A stretch of DNA of 64,000 nucleotides from an uncultured Acidobacteriota bacterium (GTDB lineage: Bacteria > Acidobacteriota > UBA6911): the NCBI GenBank assembly GCA_963843575.1, contig CAWJKZ010000013.1:704001-768000 (forward strand), read 5' to 3'. Shown piece by piece: positions 41,211 through 49,397 of this stretch. Below the pieces are notes generated by a model. The model was given only the letters and a program-made list of their open reading frames with translations. It did not search any database and had not been told where the DNA came from. The position numbers and the translations under genes were made by a program. Each line of letters opens with the position of its first letter. Within the stretch, counting starts at the first letter, position 1.

Positions 41211-42611
41211 ATGCCAAGCACCAGCACCGCGGCGCAGGCCGCTCCTACCCTGAGGCGTGCCCTCACCCTGTGGAATCTCGTCATTATCGGGATCATCATG
41301 ATTCAGCCCATCGCGCCGATGGGCATCTACGGAGTCATCAGCAACAAGGCGCAGGGCCACGTCGTCACGACCATCCTGATCGCGATGGTGGCCATGCTCT
41401 TCACCGCCATAAGCTACGGCCGGATGGCGCGCGTTTACCCGAGCGCGGGCTCGGCCTACACCTACGTAGGCCAGGAGATTCACCCGGCGTTGGGGTACAT
41501 CACGGGCTGGAGCATGGTCATGGATTACATCCTGAACCCGCTCGTCTGCGTCGCCATCTGCTCCAAGCTGACCATGAACGTGCTGCCGATTTTCCCCTTC
41601 TACGTCTGGATCATCATCTTCGCCGCGTTTTTCACCACCATGAACCTGCGCGGCATCAAGACGTCCGCGCAATTCAACCAGTGGCTGTGTGCGGGGATGG
41701 TGGTGGTCGTCCTGATCTTCTTTGGCGTCGTGATCCGCTACATCTGGGGGCTGCACACTTACGGCCCCGACTTCTTCACGCAACCGTTCTATAACCCGCA
41801 GACATTCGACATCTGGAAGATCTTCTCCGGGACCTCCGTTGCGGTCCTGACGTACATCGGGTTCGACGGGATCTCGACCCTCTCCGAGGAGGCCGAAAAC
41901 CCGCGGCGCAACATTCTGGTGGCCACCGTGCTGGTGTGCCTGATCACGGGGGTGCTGTCGAGTCTCGAAGTCTATGCGGCCCAGCTGGTGTGGGGTTCGG
42001 AACCCTTTGCGACCGACAAGGTGGAATCCGCGTTCGTGCTGATCTCGCAGAAGGCCGGCGGGATCGTCCTGTTCCACATCATAAACTTCACTATCCTCGT
42101 CGCCAGCATCGGGTCCGGGATGGCCTCGCAGCTGGCGGCGGGGCGCCTGCTGTACGGAATGGGACGCGGCAATGCCCTGCCCAAGTCGTTTTTCGGGGTG
42201 ATCGAACCGAAGCGCCGCATTCCCCGAAACAACATCATCGCCGTCGGCGTGTTTGCGCTCTTCGGGGCCGCGCTGCTCGAGTTTCTTTCGGGAAAGCTGG
42301 GGGGCGGCGCTTTCGAAATCGGCGCCCAGGCTCTGAACTTCGGCGCGTTTATCGCTTTCATGGGGGTCAACGCTTCGGCTTTCGTCCGGCACTGGCTGAG
42401 GGCCGACCGCAAGACCCTCGGTAACCTCCTGCCGCCCGTGTTGGGTTTCCTGATCTGCGCCTTCATCTGGTGGCAGCTCAGCGTGCCGGCCAAGATCGTG
42501 GGCACGATCTGGATGACCGCCGGCATACTGTACGGCGCCATCAAGACCAAAGGGTTCCGCGGCGAACTGGTGAACTTCGATATCCCGTCGGAAGAGGTGG
42601 AAAAGGAATAG
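41211..42611 (+). CDS. APC-family amino acid/polyamine permease (PuuP-like)
   Basis: TAISYGRMARVYPSAGSAYTY, GFDGISTLSEEA, RLLYGMGR; about 12 TM. Confidence 0.92.
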   Translation: MPSTSTAAQAAPTLRRALTLWNLVIIGIIMIQPIAPMGIYGVISNKAQGHVVTTILIAMVAMLFTAISYGRMARVYPSAGSAYTYVGQEIHPALGYITGWSMVMDYILNPLVCVAICSKLTMNVLPIFPFYVWIIIFAAFFTTMNLRGIKTSAQFNQWLCAGMVVVVLIFFGVVIRYIWGLHTYGPDFFTQPFYNPQTFDIWKIFSGTSVAVLTYIGFDGISTLSEEAENPRRNILVATVLVCLITGVLSSLEVYAAQLVWGSEPFATDKVESAFVLISQKAGGIVLFHIINFTILVASIGSGMASQLAAGRLLYGMGRGNALPKSFFGVIEPKRRIPRNNIIAVGVFALFGAALLEFLSGKLGGGAFEIGAQALNFGAFIAFMGVNASAFVRHWLRADRKTLGNLLPPVLGFLICAFIWWQLSVPAKIVGTIWMTAGILYGAIKTKGFRGELVNFDIPSEEVEKE

Positions 42612-42630
42612 CGCCGGCTGACCGGGACCG

Positions 42631-42665
42631 GGGCCGCGTCGGCCCGACGCGGCCCACTTGTCTTA
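42631..42665 (-). repeat. REP-like GTGG-headed hairpin variant
   Basis: Minus strand TAAGACAAGTGGGCCGCGTCGG-G-CCGACGCGGCCC; shares the TAAGACAAGTGGG flank with 8853-8865. Confidence 0.55.
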
Positions 42666-42667
42666 CA

Positions 42668-42970
42668 TTACCGCAGCAGCAGGACCCCGAGTGCGACCGT
42701 CAGGAGCGTCAGGGGGAAACCTACCCTGAAGTACTCCATAAACGAAATCCGGACGTCGTCCCGGGTGGCTTCGAGCACGATGAGGTTGGCGACGGACCCG
42801 ATGATGGTGAGGTTCCCGGCAAGGGTCGATGCCATGGCCAGCAGGAGCCACAGGTGGTGCGCGTCGGCTTGCCCCTGGACCAGCGGCGTGTAGAGCATCA
42901 CGGCCGGCACGTTGCTCACTAGGTTCGAGACCACGCCGACGGCCGCAGAGAAGCCTACCGAGGCCGCGTG
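42668..42970 (-). pseudogene. C-terminal fragment of an ArsB/NhaD/CitMHS-type anion permease
   Basis: SNLVSNVPAVML, LAMASTLAGNLTIIGSVANLIV, ISFMEYFRVG; no N-terminal part upstream. Confidence 0.75.
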
Positions 42971-43043
42971 AAGAAACTCCTTGCCGCCGTCGGGATCTAT
43001 TGGTACATAGAAAGGCTTTTCAAAAGGAGACCGGGAAGAGCCG

Positions 43044-43289
43044 ATGATCACGCACGAACTGATACGCGAACTGCTGCAGGATGACCTGAAAGACATCCAG
43101 GATATTGCGGAGTGCGTTCCGAACGAAATCGTCTACAAGGCGCTGATCATCCGCGAGTACATGAAGGAGCACGGCATCGAGGATCCGAGGGTGGGTATCC
43201 GCGAGTTCCACGCCTACGAACGCGACCGCCTGCAGCAACTGGGTCTCGGCCAAAAGATCCGCAGCGCCCAATCGGCTTCAAACAACTGA
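43044..43289 (+). CDS. Hypothetical protein, 81 aa
   Basis: AAGGAG upstream; protein-like charged helical composition. Confidence 0.7.
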   Translation: MITHELIRELLQDDLKDIQDIAECVPNEIVYKALIIREYMKEHGIEDPRVGIREFHAYERDRLQQLGLGQKIRSAQSASNN

Positions 43290-43401
43290 AACAGTGCGGT
43301 CGCGGCCAGTCGGCGCGCGGCCGCCGGCATATTCGCCGGATCCCCTGATTCCTCCGGCAGTTCGATCGGGTGGACCAGCCTGCTCCCGCGCGATCCCCCC
43401 C

Positions 43402-43435
43402 CTTAACGAAATCTTAACGTAACGCTCGCCTCAAC
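43402..43435 (+). promoter_or_regulatory. PHO-box-like direct repeats upstream of pstS
   Basis: CTTAAC at 43402 and 43413 (11-bp period), plus CTCAAC at 43430. Confidence 0.65.
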
Positions 43436-43469
43436 CTCACATGGCCGGGATAAAACTAGGCCTGGAGGT

Positions 43470-44328
43470 GTGGCGGTGCACAAGCTGATTGTGTGTCTGG
43501 TCGTTTTGACGGGGATTCTTCTCTCAGGTTGCGGCGGGTCGGACGCGGGCGGCAACGCCGCCGTCGTGACCGTCAAGGGCTCCGACACGATGGTCATTCT
43601 TGGCCAACGCTGGGCGGAAGCCTACATGGGCGCTCATCCCGGGTCGCGCATCCAGGTTACCGGCGGGGGGTCGGGCACGGGTATCGCTGCACTCATCAAC
43701 GGCGGCACCGACATTTGCGAAGCTTCCCGGCCGATGAAGGAGAAGGAGAAGGAGCAGGCGCGGGCCCGGCACGGGAAAGAGGTCAGAGAGATGCCGGTGG
43801 CACTCGACGGCATCGGGGTCTACGTACACCACTCTTCTACGATCAAGGATCTGACCCCGGCCCAGCTGAAAGGGATCTACACCGGCAGGATCACCAACTG
43901 GCGAGACATCGGCGGGCCTGACCAGCGGATCGTCCCGTACAGCCGCGAGAACAACTCCGGCACGTACGTCTTCTTCAAGGAGCACGTCCTGGGCAACGAG
44001 GACTTTGCCCGCGAGATCCAGACCCTCCCCGGCACCGCCGCCGTCGTCAACGCGGTGTCGAAAGACCCGGCCTCCATTGGTTACGGCGGCATCGCTTATG
44101 CCCATGATATCCGCGCCGTCCCGATCCGGAGCGACGAGAACGCCGCCGCCGGTCGAAGTTTCGCTCCGAACGGTCCAGGACGGATCATACCCTCTTTCCC
44201 GCAACCTGTATTTTTACACGCTCGGCGAGCCGCAGGGCGAAGAGAAGAACTTCATCGATTGGGTGTTGAGCCCGGAAGGTCAAAAGATATGCGAAGCGGT
44301 GGGGTACTATCCGCTGGTCAGGAAATGA
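43470..44328 (+). CDS. pstS: Phosphate-binding lipoprotein PstS; frameshift near 44150
   Basis: Lipobox LSGC; KGSDTM, GGGSGTG, ASR, SRENNSGTY; second frame gives YPLSRNLYFY. Confidence 0.93.
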
Positions 44329-45290
44329 CCGCCGGGTCGTTTCCCTCCTCTCGGGGCAGGGACGCGCTTGCCGATCGGATTGCGAGTGTTCTCATCAAGG
44401 GGAGCGCCTTCGTGGCCATTCTCTCCCTGATCCTGATCTTCGTGTTTATCGGCAAGGAAGCCCTCCCCATTTTCACCTCCCCGGAGGTCCGCCTGGAAGC
44501 CGACCTGCACAGGCTGTTCGTGCCCCAGGTGTCCCGGGACGGCGAGCCGACCGAATACACCTGGCAGCCGGTTTCCTCGATACCGAAGTACTCGCTGCTT
44601 CCGCTGCTGGTGGGGACCCTGAAGGTGACGATCATTGCGATCGGGCTGGCGATCCCGCTTGCCGTCGCGGCGGCGCTGTACACATCGGAGTTTGCCCATC
44701 CGTGGGCGCGAGAGCTGATCAAGCCGGCCATCGAACTCCTGGCCGGCATCCCGAGCGTCGTCGTCGGTTTCTTCTGTCTCATGGTCGTGGCCGGATGGCT
44801 GCATAGCGTCTTTGGCTGGACGTACCGCTTGAACGCGGTCACGGCGGGGATCGGCTTGGCGCTGGCGGTGATCCCGATCGTGTACACCGTTTCCGAGGAC
44901 GCCTTCTCATCCGTTCCCCAGACGTACCGGGAGGGATCGCTGGCGATGGGTGCCTCGGGATGGCAGACGTCTTGGCGGGTGGTGCTGCCCTCGGCGATGC
45001 CGGGCGTTCTCGCCGCCTGTGTGCTGGGGTTCGGCCGCGCGATCGGCGAAACCATGATCGTGCTCATGGCCTCCGGCAACGCGGCCGTTCTGTCGCTGTC
45101 GCCGACGGATTCCATCCGCACCTTTTCGGCGACGATTGCGGCCGAACTCGGCGAAGTGGTTGTCGGCAGCGCGCACTACCACGTGTTGTTTTTTATCGGG
45201 GCCTTCCTCTTCGTCCTGACCTTCGCGATCAACCTGTTCGGCCACTGGTGGGTTGGCCGGCTGCAGAAGAAGCTGCAGGGGGCGGTCTAG
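44325..45290 (+). CDS. pstC: Phosphate ABC permease PstC
   Basis: ELLAGIPSVVVG, GRAIGETMIVLM, ATIAAE; ATG overlaps the pstS stop. Confidence 0.94.
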   Translation: MTAGSFPSSRGRDALADRIASVLIKGSAFVAILSLILIFVFIGKEALPIFTSPEVRLEADLHRLFVPQVSRDGEPTEYTWQPVSSIPKYSLLPLLVGTLKVTIIAIGLAIPLAVAAALYTSEFAHPWARELIKPAIELLAGIPSVVVGFFCLMVVAGWLHSVFGWTYRLNAVTAGIGLALAVIPIVYTVSEDAFSSVPQTYREGSLAMGASGWQTSWRVVLPSAMPGVLAACVLGFGRAIGETMIVLMASGNAAVLSLSPTDSIRTFSATIAAELGEVVVGSAHYHVLFFIGAFLFVLTFAINLFGHWWVGRLQKKLQGAV

Positions 45291-45291
45291 C

Positions 45292-46200
45292 ATGCTGAAC
45301 CGGACTAGGATCGCCGGCGGCCTTCTGCAATCGCTCTCGGCGCTGGCGTGCGTCATCATCGTGGCGATGGTCGCCGTTGTCCTCGGGAACATCCTGATCC
45401 ATGGCGTGCAACGCCTCAGCCTGGATTTTCTCACCAAGGCTCCTGCGGAAGGCATGACCGGCGGCGGCATTTTCCCGGCCATCTTCGGGACCTTCGCCCT
45501 GGTCCTGCTGATGACGATCGCGGTGATCCCGCTCGGGGTGGCGACCGCAGTCTACATGCACGAGTATGCGCCGAAACGGTCGCGCGTGGTCCAGCTGGTG
45601 CGGCTCGCGATCCAGAACCTCGCCGGCGTCCCCGCCATCGTGTTCGGCTTGTTCGGCCTCGGTTTCTTCATCGAGTTCATAGGGCGCGGCATCGACCGAG
45701 CCTTTTACGGGGGGCGGCTGCTGTTCGGCCAGCCGGCTATCATCTGGGCCGCGCTCACGATGGCGCTCCTCACCCTCCCCACGGTGGTCGTAGCCACCGA
45801 GGAGGCGCTGAGGGCCATTCCACAGAGTTACCGTGAGGTCGCCTACTCCCTGGGCGCGACCCGCTGGCAGCTGATCCGGCGGATCGTGCTGCCGCAGGCG
45901 GTCGGTGGCATCCTCACCGGCGGTATTCTCGCCATCAGCCGCGGTTCGGGCGAGGTCGCCCCGGTCATGTTCACGGGGGCCGCCTATTTCCTGCCCGAGC
46001 TCCCGACGAAGCTCCACGACCAGTTCATGGAGTTGGGCTACCACGTGTACGTCATGACCACGCAGTCGCCCGACGTCGAGGCGACGAAACCGATTCTCTA
46101 CTCGACGGTGCTGGTGCTTCTGGCCCTGACGTTCTTGCTGAATTTCACTGCCGTCATCATACGCGCCCACATCCGCAAGAGGCTCCGGCATGCCCGCTGA
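45292..46200 (+). CDS. pstA: Phosphate ABC permease PstA
   Basis: GGIFPAIFGT, NLAGVPAIVFGLFG, SRGSGEVAP. Confidence 0.94.
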   Translation: MLNRTRIAGGLLQSLSALACVIIVAMVAVVLGNILIHGVQRLSLDFLTKAPAEGMTGGGIFPAIFGTFALVLLMTIAVIPLGVATAVYMHEYAPKRSRVVQLVRLAIQNLAGVPAIVFGLFGLGFFIEFIGRGIDRAFYGGRLLFGQPAIIWAALTMALLTLPTVVVATEEALRAIPQSYREVAYSLGATRWQLIRRIVLPQAVGGILTGGILAISRGSGEVAPVMFTGAAYFLPELPTKLHDQFMELGYHVYVMTTQSPDVEATKPILYSTVLVLLALTFLLNFTAVIIRAHIRKRLRHAR

Positions 46201-46960
46201 GGTGGCACGCCGCACGCTGGTCCGTGCGGAAGGCCTGTCTGTTCGCGCGGACGGCCGCGAAGTGCTCAAGGACATAACGCTGGACGCGCGCCGGGGCGAG
46301 ATCCTCTCGATCATCGGCCCCGCGGGGGCGGGCAAGACCACCTTTCTGCGCTGCCTGAACCGCATGGCGGAGCTCGACCCGGACCTGGAGATGTCCGGCA
46401 GGATCCTGCTCGACGGCCGCTCGATCCACGACGGTGCCGTCGATGTCGCCAGCCTCAGGCGGCAGGTCGGGATGGTCTTTTCCGTCCCGATTCCGCTGCC
46501 CATGTCGATCCGCGACAACCTCACCTTCGGCCTCCGGCTGTCGGGACACCCGCGGGACAGGCAGGCGGAGCGGGTGGAGAGCGCTCTGCGCGCGGCCTAT
46601 CTCTGGGACGAGGTAAAGGATCGCCTCGACGAGCCGGCGCGCAATCTCTCCGGCGGCCAGCAGCAGCGGCTGTGCCTGGCCCGCACCCTGACGCTGGAGC
46701 CGAAGGTCCTGCAGTTGGACGAGCCCACCTCGGGACTCGACCCGATCTCCACCGCGAGGATCGAGGAGGCTCTGCAGCAGCTCAAGTCAAACCTCGCCGT
46801 CATCCTGGTGACCAACAACGTCAAGCAGGCGGCGCGGGCCTCCGACAGGACGGCTTTCTTCCTGTTCGGCGAGCTGGTCGAGTACGGCGACACCGAGGGG
46901 TTGTTCACCCTTCCGCGCGACAAGCGCACGGCGGACTACATCTCGGGGCGGTTCGGATAG
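46190..46960 (+). CDS. pstB: PstB paralog 1 (degenerate Q-loop and H-switch)
   Basis: GPAGAGKTT, LWDEVKDRL, LSGGQQQR, LDEPTSGLD, YISGRFG; VFS for VFQ and VTNN for VTHN. Confidence 0.9.
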   Translation: MPAEVARRTLVRAEGLSVRADGREVLKDITLDARRGEILSIIGPAGAGKTTFLRCLNRMAELDPDLEMSGRILLDGRSIHDGAVDVASLRRQVGMVFSVPIPLPMSIRDNLTFGLRLSGHPRDRQAERVESALRAAYLWDEVKDRLDEPARNLSGGQQQRLCLARTLTLEPKVLQLDEPTSGLDPISTARIEEALQQLKSNLAVILVTNNVKQAARASDRTAFFLFGELVEYGDTEGLFTLPRDKRTADYISGRFG

Positions 46961-46964
46961 CCAC

Positions 46965-47750
46965 ATGCACATCCCTGTTGACGAACCCTCCACATCGACG
47001 CCGAAGCTGGAGACCCGGTCGCTCGACCTGTGGTACGGGCCTTTCCACGCCTTGAAAGGAATCGGCCTGGCGATAAGGCCCCGGGCCATCACCTCGATCA
47101 TCGGGCCGTCCGGGTGCGGCAAATCGACGCTGCTGCGCGTCTTCAACCGCATGAACGAAACCATCCCCGGGGTGCGGATCGCGGGGGAGGTGATGCTGGA
47201 CGGCGTGTCCATCCTCGGGTCGGGCGTCGACCTCCAGAGCTTGCGCAAGCGCGTGGGGATGGTGTTCCAGCGCCCGAACCCGTTCCCCTTGTCGGTCTTC
47301 GAGAACGTCGCGTACGGGCCCAAGATCCACAACCTCCGGGGCCGCGACGGGATCGCCGCGCGCGTCGAGAACGCCCTGCGCCAGACGGGGCTCTGGGACA
47401 CGCTGAAGGACCGGCTCGACACCTCCGCCCTGTCGCTGGCGCCGGAACAGCAGCAGCGGATCTGCATCTCGCGCCTGCTGGCGGTCGAGCCGGAGGTGCT
47501 GCTGATGGACGAACCCTGCTCCGCCCTCGACCCGATCGCCACGGCGCGCATCGAAGAACTGATGATCCAGCTGAAGACGCAGTACACCATCGTGATTGTC
47601 ACCCACAACATGCAGCAGGCCGCCCGCGTATCGGACGACACCGCCTACATGCTGCTCGGAGATCTCATCGAGGTGGGGGAAACCCAGGCGGTGTTCACCC
47701 GTCCCTCCGACCCCCGCACCGAGCAGTACATTTCAGGGAGATTCGGCTAG
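46965..47750 (+). CDS. pstB: PstB paralog 2 (degenerate ABC signature)
   Basis: GPSGCGKST, VFQRPNPFP, MDEPCSALD, VTHNMQQA; LAPEQQQR in place of LSGGQQQR. Confidence 0.92.
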   Translation: MHIPVDEPSTSTPKLETRSLDLWYGPFHALKGIGLAIRPRAITSIIGPSGCGKSTLLRVFNRMNETIPGVRIAGEVMLDGVSILGSGVDLQSLRKRVGMVFQRPNPFPLSVFENVAYGPKIHNLRGRDGIAARVENALRQTGLWDTLKDRLDTSALSLAPEQQQRICISRLLAVEPEVLLMDEPCSALDPIATARIEELMIQLKTQYTIVIVTHNMQQAARVSDDTAYMLLGDLIEVGETQAVFTRPSDPRTEQYISGRFG

Positions 47751-48458
47751 ATGCAACGCCATTTCGACGACCAGATGCAGGACCTGCTGCAGCGCCTCCT
47801 GCTCATGGGGCGCCATGCGGAATCGATGATTCAGATCGCGATGCGTTCCCTCATCGAGCGCGACGAGTCGCTCGCGGCCGAGGTGCACCGCAAGGAACTC
47901 GAGGTGAACGCCCTGCAGATCGAGATCGACGACCGCGCGGTGAAGCTCACCGCGCTCCAGCAGCCGGTGGCGAGCGACGTGCGGTTTCTCTTCATGGCGT
48001 CCCGCATCACGACCGAGCTCGAACGCATCGCGGACCAGGCGGTCAACATCTGCCAGAGCACCCACCACGTCCTCAAGTCGCCGCCCCTGAAACCGATCGT
48101 CGACCTGCCGCTGATGTGTCAGATGGCCGAGAAGATGGTGCGCGACGCCCTCGACGCCCTCGTGCGCAGGGACTGCAGCCTCGCCGAGCAGGTGCTCCAG
48201 GACGAAGACACCGTTGATGCGTTCCGCAACCAGATCTTCCGGGTGCTGCTCACCTACATGATGGCCGACCCGGGCACCATCGAGCGGGCGCTCTCCCTCA
48301 TCCTGATTTCCCGCAACCTCGAGCGCATCGGCGACCACGCTACCAATATCGCCGAGGAGGTGATATACCTCGTCGAGGGTCGCGAGGTCCGCCACCGGCG
48401 CGAGAGCATGACCCGCATGGATTCCGGCGACGCGCCGGCGTCTGCCGAACCGAGCTGA
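47751..48458 (+). CDS. phoU: Phosphate signalling regulator PhoU
   Basis: QQPVASDVR, ELERIADQAVNI, LERIGDHATNIAE. Confidence 0.95.
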   Translation: MQRHFDDQMQDLLQRLLLMGRHAESMIQIAMRSLIERDESLAAEVHRKELEVNALQIEIDDRAVKLTALQQPVASDVRFLFMASRITTELERIADQAVNICQSTHHVLKSPPLKPIVDLPLMCQMAEKMVRDALDALVRRDCSLAEQVLQDEDTVDAFRNQIFRVLLTYMMADPGTIERALSLILISRNLERIGDHATNIAEEVIYLVEGREVRHRRESMTRMDSGDAPASAEPS

Positions 48459-48468
48459 CAGGAGCGGT

Positions 48469-49167
48469 ATGGCCCGCGGAACGGTCTTGGTCATCGATGA
48501 CGAAAGGGATCTCGTCGAGCTGGTCCGGTACAACCTGGAAAAGGAAGGATTCCGGGTGATCTCGGCGTTCGACGGCGAGGCCGGGGTCGCCCTCGCCTCC
48601 CGGGAGCAGCCCGATCTCGTGCTGGTCGACCTGATGCTGCCCGGCATCGACGGCCTCGAGGTGTGCGGGCGTTTGCGTGCAAACGAGCGCACGGCGGGCA
48701 TCGCACTCGTCATGCTCACCGCAAAATCGTCCGAACCCGACCGCGTCGTGGGCCTCGAAATGGGGGCCGACGACTACGTGACGAAGCCTTTCAGCCCGCG
48801 CGAACTGGCGGCCAGGGTCAAGGCGGTCCTCCGCCGCACCTCCCCGCAAAAGCCCAACAACGACCTGGTCCGCTACGGCGCCCTGACGGTCGATTCCACG
48901 CGCCACGAAGTTACTTGCGGCGGCCGGGGGGTTACCCTCACGGCCACCGAATTCAGGCTCCTGCACTTGCTCGCCAGCCGCCCCGGCAGGGTCTTCTCGC
49001 GTGCCGAGATTATCGACGGCGCGCTGGGCCGCGACATCGTCGTCCTGGACCGCACGGTCGACGTGCATGTCATGTCGTTGCGCCGGAAACTGGGGCCCTG
49101 CGGCCACTGGATCGAGACCGTGCGCGGCTTCGGCTACAAGTTCCGCGAAGAAGACGGCGAGCGGTAA
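48469..49167 (+). CDS. phoB: PhoB-like OmpR-family response regulator
   Basis: VDLMLPGIDG, GADDYVTKPF, RTVDVHV, IETVRGFGY; directly after phoU. Confidence 0.88.
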   Translation: MARGTVLVIDDERDLVELVRYNLEKEGFRVISAFDGEAGVALASREQPDLVLVDLMLPGIDGLEVCGRLRANERTAGIALVMLTAKSSEPDRVVGLEMGADDYVTKPFSPRELAARVKAVLRRTSPQKPNNDLVRYGALTVDSTRHEVTCGGRGVTLTATEFRLLHLLASRPGRVFSRAEIIDGALGRDIVVLDRTVDVHVMSLRRKLGPCGHWIETVRGFGYKFREEDGER

Positions 49168-49178
49168 CACCGCTCCGT

Positions 49179-49239
49179 CTTCACCGAACCTGAACATAAC
49201 GCCTGCAGACTCTTAATCCTCCGGTAATACAGCCTTAAC
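49179..49239 (+). promoter_or_regulatory. PHO-box-like 11-bp-periodic repeats upstream of TonB-dependent receptor
   Basis: CTTCAC 49179, CTGAAC 49190, CTTAAT 49212, GGTAAT 49223, CTTAAC 49234, all in one 11-bp register. Confidence 0.65.
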
Positions 49240-49397
49240 ACAAGAACCGCATCCTGCTGTGGGCGGGACCGGCTCGTTCCCGCCCCGAGCGCAACAGCCC
49301 GGGGACGAAGGAAACAGGCCCCGGCATGCAGGATTCGCGGGCCGCGTCGAGCCGCCGCGGTTCACTTGGGTCCCCCCGGGGACTTGGAGGATTCGGA

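Noticed and set aside
43470-45290. Apparent 606-aa PstS-PstC fusion in the ORF track
   Set aside because: An indel near 44150 shifts pstS into the pstC frame. The true PstS C-terminus (YPLSRNLYFY) is in another frame with its own stop overlapping the pstC ATG.
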